A stretch of DNA of 64,000 nt from Tubiluchus corallicola (Eukaryota > Animalia > Priapulida), in contig JAQGDQ010000009.1 of the NCBI GenBank assembly GCA_030141605.1, positions 186,001-250,000 of the forward strand. Direction: 5' to 3'. This document shows positions 1-38,677 of the stretch, piece after piece. The translations under genes were made by a program, and so were the position numbers. Below the pieces are notes generated by a model. That model was given only the letters and a program-made list of their open reading frames with translations, was not told the origin of the DNA and ran no database searches. Each line of letters starts with the position of its first letter. The stretch's first letter is position 1.

Positions 1-854
1 TCCAGACACAATGGCATTAGCTTATGAACAATTACAATAAAAATTTAGTAGAATGCAAAACAATGTGTTTGCCACACACTAGTAACTATGAAGTTCCATT
101 ATTTAAAGGTAAAATCATTCCAGATGCTATACCTCTTCAATTAAGAAAATATACAGTAAATTTGTGCTTGTGTTTAAAAAACTTTATGAAAACTCATTCC
201 CACATTACAAAAATTATGCACACAGTGTCACCGTTTTGTGCCTTGATTTAAAATACAATGGCTTCATGATTAAAAATAAACTTTTTGTTATAGTGCCTCC
301 TAATGGTACAATAACATTCAGAGTAAGTAACAGTAACATAAACTGTACAAATATCACCGTAAACTGGACGTTGAAAAACAGGAAGCGGTTTCTGGAAAAC
401 CGTTGTGCTACAAACCTGACTCGACAATTCCCTCGTCATCTGAAAAAAGCGGTAAACAATAATCATTGTTGTGCTAGAGGGGGCACTGAGATAAACAACT
501 GATAAAATAAATTGTAAGTAATGATTAGATAAGAACTAATTGAGATTAGGGTTATTTGGCTGCTGAACTACTAGTGTACACTGACTGTTTTGATAATATA
601 AAACAACAGTATTACAGTAAAAGACAATGACGGTAGTACAGATATTAAACTACCGAACTGTTAATGTCGGTTATAATTGCTAGTGAAGCATAACACAATA
701 TTTAATACTATTCAAAAATTCCCCCCCCCCTGCTAACTAAATAGATTGTTGCAAGTTATAATATACTGCTAAGTTAATTTAAAGTATACTTGACGGCCTA
801 ATGCAGCAACCATCAATATGATTCGTTCAATTTCATCAGAAGGTTTGTAAGCAG

Positions 855-26816
<25,962 letters not shown>

Positions 26817-27683
26817 CTAGCTTCACCCATCACGTAAACCCACTCTTTCTCTCTCCTCTTTGTAATGATTGAAGCTAAGCTTTGATCACTGCCAACTCTT
26901 AATCTGTTATGTAAAATCCCCCTGAAAAAAAGATTGGCACAATTATTAGCAAGTTGAAATATTTCTAAAGATACAATATATTCTGCTAGCTTTAACACAT
27001 GTTGTACAGTGGAACTTAGCATAACCACTTCTGCCCAAAGTGGAACTAGGCTGAGGATTGAGGAATCTCATCATTACAGTTTTATCTTGTCTTGTCAGAG
27101 AGTTCATGCAGTCAACAATTAAAACTAATAAACTATGAAACTGAATTAGGTCAACGCAAATAATGAATTTTGTTCATTGTTGATTGACAGTTCTAACTTA
27201 TTTACCACAAAAGCTGAAAAAGACGTGAGCTGTAGCGATTTGTGTAACAGCTTTATTTGGCGATGCCATGAATTAATGCAAAAGCCAATCAACATTAATA
27301 TTGATAGTTATAAAAGTAACAAAATGTTTATTAATTAAAACAAAATGTAAAAATAATTAAAAAACAAGACAATTTAAAATTATAATCTCAATATCAAAAT
27401 TATTATCAAAGATGGTAAAAATCCACAATTAATTACATAATTTTTGATGCCAATCGTGAAAGACAGGAAATGTGAAAAAGTTGGGATACAGCTTGGAAGT
27501 GAACCAGGGACCTTCTGCTACCTGCTTTTCGAGTTTAATACCAAAATTTTTATTAATCACGTGTTTGTACCTTCACTGGAAAATTTCAGAGTTTAACAAG
27601 CCTTTCTCAGCCCATGCTTTGTACTCACTCACTGCACATATGCAAATACATGCATACATAAATATATATATATATATATATTG

Positions 27684-27911
27684 CAGTGGTTCCCAAACTT
27701 TTTCGGACAGTTACCCAAATCGGGAAACCCGGTCGTGTCCATTACCCCCCACCTAGTACTACTTCTCCAACTCAAAAAGTAAACACACGTATATGCTACG
27801 TAATATGCATTCGGAGCGAAGTATTAAAAATTTTCAGAGGGGTGCCCGTTACCCCCCAAAAAAACCATATTACCCCCGGGGGGTAATTTACCCCTACTTT
27901 GGGAACCACTG
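27684..27911. mobile_element. hAT-type MITE (Charlie/MER5-like ends), 228 bp
   Basis: TIRs CAGTGGTTCCCAAA / TTTGGGAACCACTG with a perfect 8-bp TSD, ATATATTG, on both sides. Confidence 0.9.
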
Positions 27912-28772
27912 ATATATTGTAAACAACGCATTTATTAATATACACTATCCTCAGTGTTGACAAAAAAATATAAAATGTATGGTATGTATTCACCTTCACA
28001 GTAGAATTCCTGAACGATGAATTAGCCGAATCAACGAGTATCAGTTAAAATGGCCACTAAACGTGACTAATAAGCGCACTCAATCACACACTATAAAAGT
28101 GAAATATCCTATGTACGCACTCGCACACAAAAAACAACAAACACCAAATACGACGTTTGTTATTCGTTAACGCAGGAGATCAGGTTAATGCGTTCGTCAA
28201 ACGCCAACAGTTTAACACACAGTAGCAGCCGAACATTGAAAAGCTTGGTTGAATCACCGCCTAGGGGGCAATTCCAAGCGATTGAGTAAGGACTCCTCGT
28301 CGTTGGATGAGCCACAAAGATTGTAATCTTTACTGAGGGATGGGTATCATAAAATCATTGAAATCAGACTGTACACGACTAACAAGCTTTACGATTCTTT
28401 GAAAATAAAACCACGAAAGGCTAGATAAAACGAAGAAAGACTGTTTACAAACAATTCAACAGAGAAAAAAATCCATCACAGCGTATATTCACGGTGTAAA
28501 TTTTTAATATTGTACATTTTTGAACTTTTTATTAGTTATACAAGTTTAAGCGTTAAATCGTAGCATGTACAACAAAACTCAGCTGGAAAAATACTATACA
28601 AAGCCTTAATCTATCGTTAACCAAACCAAAGTTAAAACCTTATTAAGTTAAAAACTTTGGTTATCCTTAACCGAAGTTAAAAGTTAGCAAGAGAAAACTC
28701 ATTGCCATCGCTCCATACAATTCACGGTCAAGCCTCTTTATACAACGCCTACTTTCAGACTGCAAAAAAGTT

Positions 28773-31510
28773 GGCATTAAGCGAGTCTGGCATTATAACG
28801 AAGTGTATTAATACACGGCATTAAGCGAGTCTGGCATTATAACGAAGTGTATTAATACACGGCATTAAGCGAGTCTGGCATTATAACGAAGTGTATTAAT
28901 ACACGCCATTAAGCGAGTCTGGCATTATAACGAAGTGTATTAATACACGCCATTAAGCGAGTCTGGCATTATAACGAAGTGTACTAATACACGTCATTAA
29001 GCGAGTCTGGCATTATAACGAAATGTATTAATACACGGCATTAAGCGAGTCTGGCATTATAACGAAGTGTATTAATACACGCTATTAAGCGAATCTGGCA
29101 TTATAACGAAGTGTATTAATACACGCCATTAAGCGAGTCTGTCATTATAACGAAGTGTATTAATACACGGCATTAAGCGAGTCTGTCATTATAACGAAGT
29201 GCATTAATACACGCCATTAAGCGAGTCTGTCATTATAACGAAGTGTATTAATACACGGCATTAAGCGAGTCTGTCATTATAACGAAGTGCATTAATACAC
29301 GCCATTAAGCGAATCTGGCATTATAACGAAGTGTATTAATACACGGCATTAAGCGAGTCTGGCATTATAACGAAATGTATTAATACACGGCATTAAGCGA
29401 GTCTGGCATTATAACGAAGTGTATTAATACACGGCATTAAGCGAGTCTGTCATTATAACGAAGTGTACTAATACACGTCATTAAGCGAGTCTGGCATTAT
29501 AACGAAATGTATTAATACACGCCATTAAGCGAGTCTGGCATTATAACGAAGTGCATTAATACACGCCATTAAGCGAATCTGGCATTATAACGAAGTGTAC
29601 TAATACACGGCATTAAGCGAGTCTGTCATTATAACGAAGTGTATTAATACACGCCATTAAGCGAGTCTGGCATTATAACGAAGTGCATTAATACACGCCA
29701 TTAAGCGAATCTGGCATTATAACGAAGTGTATTAATACACGCCATTAAGCGAGTCTGGCATTATAATGAAGTGCATTAATACACGCCATTAAGCGAGTCT
29801 GTCATTATAACGAAGTGTACTAATACACGTCATTAAGCGAGTCTGGCATTATAACGAAATGTATTAATACACGCCATTAAGCGAGTCTGGCATTATAACG
29901 AAGTGCATTAATACACGCCATTAAGCGAATCTGGCATTATAACGAAGTGTACTAATACACGGCATTAAGCGAGTCTGTCATTATAACGAAGTGTATTAAT
30001 ACACGCCATTAAGCGAGTCTGGCATTATAACGAAGTGCATTAATACACGCCATTAAGCGAATCTGGCATTATAACGAAGTGTATTAATACACGCCATTAA
30101 GCGAGTCTGGCATTATAATGAAGTGCATTAATACACGCCATTAAGCGAATCTGGCATTATAACGAAGTGTATTAATACACAGCATTAAGCGAGTCTGGCA
30201 TTATAACGAAGTGCATTAATACACGCCATTAAGCAAGTCTGGCATTATAACGAAGTGTATTAATACACGCCATTAAGCGAATCTGGCATTATAACGAAGT
30301 GTATTAATACACGCCATTAAGCGAGTCTGGCATTATAACGAAGTGTATTAATACACGCCATTAAGCGAGTCTGGCATTATAACGAAGTGCATTAATACAC
30401 GCCATTAAGCGAGTCTGGCATTATAACGAAGTGCATTAATACACGCCATTAAGCGAGTCTGGCATTATAACGAAGTGCATTAATACACGCCATTAAGTGA
30501 GTCTGGCATTATAACGAAGTGTATTAATACACGCCATTAAGCGAGTCTGGCATTATAAGGAAGTGCATTAATACACGCCATTAAGTGAGTCTGGCATTAT
30601 AACGAAGTGCATTAATACACGCCATTAAGTGAGTCTGGCATTATAACGAAGTGTATTAATACACGCCATTAAGCGAGTCTGGCATTATAACGAAGTGTAT
30701 TAATACACGGCATTAAGCGAGTTTGGCATTATAACGAAGTGTATTAATACACGGCATTAAGCGAGTCTGGCATTATAACGAAGTGTATTAATACACGCCA
30801 GTAAGCTAGTTTGGCATTATAACGAAGTGTATTAATACACGCCATTAAGCGAGTCTGGCATTATAACGAAGTGCATTAATACACGCCATTAAGCGAATCT
30901 GGCATTATAACGAAGTGTATTAATACACGCCATTAAGCGAGTCTGGCATTATAATGAAGTGCATTAATACACGCCATTAAGCGAATCTGGCATTATAACG
31001 AAGTGTATTAATACACAGCATTAAGCGAGTCTGGCATTATAACGAAGTGCATTAATACACGCCATTAAGCAAGTCTGGCATTATAACGAAGTGTATTAAT
31101 ACACGCCATTAAGCGAATCTGGCATTATAACGAAGTGTATTAATACACGCCATTAAGCGAGTCTGGCATTATAACGAAGTGTATTAATACACGGCATTAA
31201 GCGAGTCTGTCATTATAACGAAGTGTATTAATACACGGCATTAAGCGAGTTTGGCATTATAACGAAGTGCATTAATACACGGCATTAAGCGAGTTTGGCA
31301 TTATAACGAAGAGTATTAATACACGGCATTAAGCGAGTCTGGCATTATAACGAAGTGTATTAATACACGGCATTAAGCGAGTCTGGCATTATAACGAAGT
31401 GTATTAATACACGGCATTAAGCGAGTCTGGCATTATAACGAAGTGTATTAATACACGCCATTAAGCGAGTCTGGCATAACGAAGTGCATTAATACACGGC
31501 ATTATAGCGA
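28773..31510. repeat. Tandem satellite, 44-bp unit, about 62 copies
   Basis: Unit GGCATTAAGCGAGTCTGGCATTATAACGAAGTGTATTAATACAC recurs at 28773, 28817, 28861 and onward with few substitutions per copy and no spacers. Each unit contains the perfect palindrome GTGTATTAATACAC or a one-base variant of it. Confidence 0.97.
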
Positions 31511-32678
31511 TTAGAGACTATGCAAACAGAGACATTATGTTTTGCCAAAAACACAGTCGCTAACAGAGGTTGGCTTTATAAGGGGGGGGGGGGTATATAG
31601 CCAGTTGTATAAAGCAAAACATGGACAACAGGCCATTTACAAAAAAGGCTTATCTAAAAACAAAATTTTACATTACGTGATCAATCAATGTTCCATTTTA
31701 ACATATTACATTATTGAACTGCTAGGATGAAGGCCTACACAATTCCATCGTAACTACTCCTTTGTCATCTTTATAATGACATGCAGTAGTCTATAGTTTT
31801 CAACTAAAATTTAGAAATGAAAATTAACTAGGCCTATAGTAATTATTACTAAATACTAAGTAAGAAGCCTACTAGCAGCTAGCAGGAACTGACAAACAGA
31901 CAACAAAATTTTGGCTTTTAAATTGTAAAAGTACAAAACTAACACTGAAATAAAACTTCACTAATCGCGAATCTATGGTTGTAACAAACAAACAATGAAC
32001 CAAGACAATAATAACAGTTGCAGTGAGGACGCATTTTTTTAAAGCGATAAGATTTTAATGAAATAAAAAGGCTAACGCTTTTCCATTTTATTTAAGTTTT
32101 TTAGCACTCCTCTCTCAGTTCAGTAGCTATATTATTTGCATCAACCTTTCACAAACCACAAAAAACCGCTTCTGGTAAAATTGACATTGACCTAAGGGTC
32201 AGAAGTCACAAAAGCTCAACTGCTGGACAATGGGTATTGATCTGATATGCCATTTAGTGGAATTAATTTGCAAAAAATGGTGTATCCCGCTGAAAATAAT
32301 TTTCTTGGAATTAAATTAAATCAGACAAAACGTACAAGTGTATTCCTTAAATGCCAAACACCCATTGTTTTAGAGCAAATGGAAGAATCTTTTAGGTAAT
32401 GTCTCTGTATATAGAAAGCAAATATTTTTGCACACAGATTTTAACTTTAACTAATTTCGGCAACAATGTGTATTGTACTACTAGGCTTTCTTAATACTTT
32501 TTAAACAAACAAAATGTGTATGAATGTTTTCTGCCACTATAATAACAACTGAAGCGATTTTGAGTCTTGTTTTACCACAGTATATTAATGAATGTTTGAC
32601 TGTAGGCCTAGACAGACATTAAGGTATGTAATTTTTTTTATTATTCTTTAAAAATGAATGCATAAAAATATATTGTGT

Positions 32679-33060
32679 AAGGCCCCAGGCAAACATGCAA
32701 TTTTCAGTTTCGGTAATTTTTACTGGCGCAGCAAAATCGGGTGCTCAGACATGCAATTTTACATTGTGCAACTGGCATTATGGTGATTGAAGAAGTTGTA
32801 CTTATTTGTGTATTATTAAGTCATAAAAAACAAAAAGATGTCGGAAATCCAATAATTAGCTAGTGATTAGTGAAAAGGGAATTTTATAAGCTCTATGACG
32901 ATTTACGGGCTCATATGAGTGAATTCTCTGGCTATTATCAGATGAATTCAAATGACTTTGACGAACTGCTGCATATTATTGGGTTGTACATTTCTATATC
33001 AAATAGAAGCCCAGCTGAAAGAAACAACTCTTATACGTTTTGGCTTCTCTTCTATTTTTT
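32679..33060 (+). mobile_element. Degenerate PIF/Harbinger transposon remnant (HARBI1-like transposase fragment)
   Basis: The ORF fragment EFYKLYDDLRAH-SEFSGYYQMNSNDFDELLHII...SPAER resembles the Harbinger N-terminal pattern EF..L..ELR...F..YFRM....F..LL...ISPEERL. A TAA-GGCCCCAGGCAAAC terminus lies upstream. Confidence 0.65.
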
Positions 33061-33863
33061 GTACACTTTCGCAGACATGTGTTATAACATAATCTAAGCA
33101 AGATTTAAGATCCTAGTTTAACAGCTCCAGCACTGTAGTACAACTGTCGTACTGGTGTACATTACTTGAAGAACAAAAACTGTTTAAAAAGTGAGTGAAA
33201 GGAAGTATCCATGTGGTTAAAAGACCCGAAAACCAAATACAAATGCTGTTCATATGAAGTGATACTCAATTCATACTAAAAAGTTAAATTACTTACGTGC
33301 AAATTTTATATAATTTACAGTTCGCATAATTGTAGTCTGGGAACTTGAGTGATCAATCATGAGTATAAGCAGAGGCTATCATTTATTTTTGTTTGATACA
33401 ATGTGATTAATAGGCGTATTTATAACCTGTATCACAGACAACTATTCAATGTTACAGTGTATCTGTTCATTGTGTGCAAATACTACTTTTTACACTTGAT
33501 TTACTTCTTGTTTCATATGATGTAGCTGACAAAAATATCAAGAGTTCTATTCAATTTTGCATTATTTCCATATTGCTGCTGTTCAGTTTTGAGTTAGGCC
33601 TTGCAATAATAATAATTCAATTATACCAATAACTAACTTTTTTGTTTTGTGAAGTTTAAGTGGGAGAGTTTTTTGACAATGTTGGCCATGCATTTTCATG
33701 TTACGTGAATTCATTTTCTAAAATAAAAACCTATGACTGAGTTTTTTTATTATTGTTTGGTAATTATAAAATAAAATAATTTGGTAATTATAAATATTTT
33801 TTTGTTATGTACAAAACTCAGTTTTTCTCTCGCATGTTGCATTTGCATACTACAAAAGCAGGC

Positions 33864-34334
33864 TCACAATACCTCATAGAAAATCACGAAACATCACAAT
33901 TACGATTGAGGTCTTCATGATGTCAGAGAAATGATGTCTTAACTGTGAAGTCAAGTCATCCTGAGCACGTAATTATTATAAACACTAGGCCATACCGAAA
34001 TCATAGTAGCGATGTCGCACTAAGCTAATGAAGTCATGCAGAGCTCATAACCACGAGGTCACTAATATGAGCTCAGTGAGAGGTCAGCAGCATGATGTTA
34101 GTATGATCTCAGATTAATGAACTCACACGTACCTCACAACATGACACCAGCAATTCAGCATGAGACACCTGCGAGCTCATGACTTAAGCCGACATGATGT
34201 CAAGGCACGAGGTCAGTATGAGCTAACTGCGTGGTTACAAATTTAGCACATTATGAGATCACGATTTTGATCTCATTATGAGATCATGCATGAGCTCCCT
34301 GCAACAGCACTGTGACATCAGATTCTTGATTGGG
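33864..34334. repeat. Low-complexity element built from TGAG/CTCA/CATGA motifs, probable non-autonomous DNA transposon remnant
   Basis: Dense ATGAG, CTCAT, GAGGTCA and GATGTCA motifs ending in TTCTTGATTGGG (CCCA-type terminus). Confidence 0.4.
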
Positions 34335-34667
34335 GAAGACTAAACATAATCTAAGTTTAATCTATAAGCCAAATGACAGCTTCTATTGTACACAACAAGA
34401 CAGAATTTTTCACCTATAATGAACTCAGGATAATTCTAGCAACCCTGAAAGCATCAGCGGCGTACTGAACTTGTCTAAGCCTTTGCTTGAGCTGTTAATT
34501 GATACAATTGCCATATTGCAGACTTGCCAACCATCCGATGTAAAAATGAGTGTGATACGCAGAAAGCCCAAGGCTAATCTTGCCCCTGGTGGAGATCCAA
34601 GAAAATTCCAAGAAAATTAATTATGACTAACCTTTACAATCTATGTTAAGTATCAGGTAAGTAAACC

Positions 34668-35261
34668 TTAAAGAGGAACACACGATGATTTTTCATATAC
34701 TACCCCATTTTCAAGTCCGATAAAAAGTATACATTTTAGCAAAATTAATACCGCAAAACTGTTTCTGATAATTAAATAATACATCATCACAAACTAACAT
34801 AATTTTCAACCGCTAAATATTCCACAAGCGTGTTGCACGTGTTTGCGAAAGCGAAAATTAAAGTACGGTGCTACTGTAAGATATTCAGTGTGTTGTACTA
34901 AAACTAGGAAAGTTTTAAGATAAAAATTCAAATTTTAAATTTACCGCAGCACTCACACATGAGCTGTCGAATGTGTGTAGTTTGTCACAAACTAACACAT
35001 TTGAACTGAGAGGTACAGCACCTGTTTTTTTGTGAAATGCATTTCCAAAATGCAGGCGCTAGTGCCCGTCTAACTAGAGAATGGCAAAATGCATGTAGCA
35101 GCAAAGTACTAGTGGTGTGAACACCAAATTGTGTTTGTGTGTTAATAATTCTCCAATTCTCACATAAGTCATTTTTGAAAAAATAGTATTTTTCCTTTCA
35201 ATGTTTTAAAGAGCAGATTGTTTTGACCGACAATTTAAAATTGGGTCCGGTTTTCCTTTAA
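34668..35261. mobile_element. TTAA-flanked MITE (Kolobok-like ends)
   Basis: Ends TTAAAGAGGAACAC and CCGGTTTTCCTTTAA; size similar to the other TTAA-type elements in the window. Confidence 0.45.
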
Positions 35262-35789
35262 TTAAGAATTAACTAGTAACTAGCATGCGAACTCATTATG
35301 TGTACTGTACATAGGTGACACCGTGACTGCTGCTTCTTCGACTCAAGTCAGACAGCAAAGTAGTTTAGTACTAATAGTAGTAGTACATTTTTTACCTTTT
35401 GTTAGCATGCACTCATTCAACTTAAGACAAAGCAACCAGAAACGAATTTGCTAAGTATATTATAGAAAATACTTAGAAAGCTAATACTGTAACTCTACGC
35501 GGAATATTTATTTTCACTGTTAACAGAAGCATACATAGTTCACATACCGTATCACTTTTAAGATTTCATTCGCAACTGTAGTTACTGTACAGCAGGTGAA
35601 TACACTTACAAGAAAACTTGCAAAGCGACAAGATCGGGTCTTACATCTCGGGCGCTCGTTGTCGCGGCTATAGCGCATCTACGTGCATCTTCAATGTGAC
35701 ATACTTGGCTACCCTGATTGCAGCGAAACAGAGGTATAACCTCGACGTCTATAAATGTGGGTAATACTGAAATTAGTAATTGCTATAAT

Positions 35790-36629
35790 CATGGGCGCCA
35801 GCAGGCGGACGCACTGACGCACGTGCGTCCACAGGATTTCTTAAGAAAATTTTTTATGGCTAAAAAATTTTTTTTAGCAGTGAACCAAGACACACACCAA
35901 TCCCTTGTTTGTTTGCGCAATCTCCAAGCAGTCAGCTGATTTGCATGGTGAAGTTATGTTTATGTATATCAGTCATATAGTGTCGATTCTCTTATCACTT
36001 TTCATTATCTCGACAGTTCTTAGTTAACTGTAACTGCACTTCTGCATTTAGTGGATGGGCCCAAGGGGCCTCTGGTGCCATTTTCACAGTAGTAGTGAAA
36101 TTATGAGTCACGAGAGTGAGGTAAACTTACACGAGGAAATAGCTTGTAACAACTGCAAACTGGTCTATAATGCAGTAAAATTGCATTTAGCTGAGTCCAG
36201 TGGGAAAATTAGCACGCACGCAAACATATTAAATTTTGTATGAACAGTGGGTGGGCTGCAAACTTAACAGTCTCAAATCAGTTTTATGTTTTACTATTCA
36301 CATTTTGCTGGATTGATAATCTTGACACTAAATGTCATCCACATTGCAGTGTATTACGAACTTGCTTTTAAGATACATGACTACTACAATAGAATACAAT
36401 GAATATTACACAGGTAAAAGTGGGTAAAACATATTTGTTAAGGCAGAATTTTTCACGTTTGAAGAAATCTATGTACCATAATTTAGATCTTATTTGAGGC
36501 CTCCAAAATGTCCTCAAATACAGGAAAATGCGTTGGTAGCTTGGGCCCCAATGGGGGAGCTTACAGCACTCCCCCCAGACCCTCTAGCTGCTTGTGCATA
36601 AATTTTTTTAACCTCTGGTGGCGCCCATG
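35790..36629. mobile_element. hAT-like non-autonomous DNA transposon, 840 bp
   Basis: TIRs CATGGGCGCCAGCAG / CTGGTGGCGCCCATG; degenerate 8-bp TSD GCTATAAT / ACTATGAC; internal hairpin GGGGGAGCTTACAGCACTCCCCC typical of invertebrate MITEs. Confidence 0.7.
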
Positions 36630-38677
36630 ACTATGACACCATAATACTATAACATTATGAATTAGTGTGAAAGCACTTTATAAGCCTATTTAACGGTAAA
36701 GAAAGGGAATTTTTAAAATGTCCCAAAAATTCATATAAAGTTATTCTACTTAGCTGTAGCTTACCTGTTTGAAGACTTAATTATAGAAAATTCTTATTAA
36801 TATAAAATGTTCATGCCAACTTGTAAAACGTTTGTGTGTTGTCATCATCTCCATGTGTACCACTAGCTGTGTCACCAAAAAAACGTATCATGGATCTTAC
36901 TGACAATGTTTATAAATATGCTTACAATTTTACTTAGTTAGCAAAGAGTGTGCTAAAAATGCTCTGATTATTTTTTAAAATTACTATGCAGTGTTATTTA
37001 AAAATGTTTTAAAACAACTATCGACTAAAATTAATCTGTACCTAATGGACATTACAACCCTTTAAATTAACCAGATATATGCAGTGTTATGCAATTCTGT
37101 GTACAATAAGACATCAAGAAAGTGATACAATATTTCAAGACGATTTTTTTTAATTGATGAAGAGCTTTTCTTGTCCATGTTTTCTTGATTTCATGGACCT
37201 TTGGCTGTTTTTGTGGTTTCTGATGTAAAGTATTCTAAATATCACTGCACAAGATTTGCACCTTTCACACATTCAATCATTTCTTACAAATCTGTTTTAT
37301 ATACATAAATCATACTATTGCAACATATATAGCATAACATTTCTACTAAGTTAAAACTGACTTGCAAAATTTTCTCTGTGAGATTTGTAGTATATGCTCA
37401 GTTGCTCACTGTTTGTAATTGCTTGCAGAATGCTAACCCCTACCAAACCACAACTAAGAAACTAGAAATAAACTAGTCCGAATTAAACTTCTGATACGTT
37501 TCGCAAAAGACAGAAAAATTTTGCGATTTCTTGGTTCCGTTTTGTATCAAGGTTCGTGACAGTTATGTTTTTGGTGATCATAGCATTTTAATTGTCATAT
37601 TTCAGAAAATTGCTTTATGATTGTAAACCCCTGTGATGATTTTTTGCCTTTAAAGTGGGCGTTTTGTTTTGTGTGTTTTTTATTTTCAGTTTTTTCCCTG
37701 TAGTTTTTGTTTACTTGCCTTCTTATCATTGAACATCGACCTGGTTTATATAACACAAGTCTAGGCCGGCGTTTGCCTCAAATTTTCAATACTTGATTCA
37801 AGAATTTTGGCTCGTTGAACGGTTTTTTGGCATGTTTGCACCTCACTTTTGATTTTGTGTAGAACTATTTGAATGTTTTACAATAATGTTGACGTCAATT
37901 AAGATTCTTCTAGCATTTGTAACTAATTTAAGTTTAAAATTAGTTCTTTTTTTGTGTAGCTGAGCCTATTGTGTTTCTTTCATTTTGAGAATGAAATGTT
38001 CTTATGCCGTTGGCGCGGGAAGAAAAGCCATGACAGATGCTGTACCAATTGGGTCATTAAAGGTTTTAAGAAACCCGATCATTGGTTTTCTTGACAGTTT
38101 AGTTCTGTTTTAGTCTTTTTTAAGAAGAGGTTTGCCTAGCTACTAGCGTAATCAAGAGTCCTAGACCTATGTGTTACAAACAAATGCTGTCTTCTCCAGC
38201 TGTGTTTTATGCGGAAATTGTACGAAAATTCCAATCAAAGTTGGTACCCTAATGGATTTCTATAATACCCGTATATCAATAATATCTTTCACATCATTAT
38301 GGGTGGGTGTTTGCTTTTGTAGAATATCTTGCTAAGTTTGTTCTAAGAATATGATGCCTCATTGGATCCATGTCTACTATAGTTGAATAGTTGCACTGTT
38401 GTCATGAAGAGACTTGGGTTGAAATTAATTTGCTGGACTGAAGCTTCTTTTCTTGCAACTTTTTTTGTTCACTTCAGTGTGGAATTCCATTTTACTTTTT
38501 CAGAAATTCTGTTGCCTCTCATCTAGACGCTATGTTTTCTGACAAAGGCATATACCACAAACCTTTTACTGTTTACCAGATGTATACCTAGATTTCTGTT
38601 TGTTTGTTTGCTTGTCAGTGTGTTTTTTCTTTGTTTGGTTTTCGTGTGAATTGATTTAAATTGTGACAGGATGCTGA

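Noticed and set aside
24-502. Short ORFs at the window start
   Set aside because: AT-rich with no motifs; lies in or beyond the RPTP 3' UTR.
28773-31510. CRISPR-like array (palindromic repeat of regular period)
   Set aside because: There are no unique spacers: the whole 44-bp period is repeated. No cas genes, and the context is eukaryotic.
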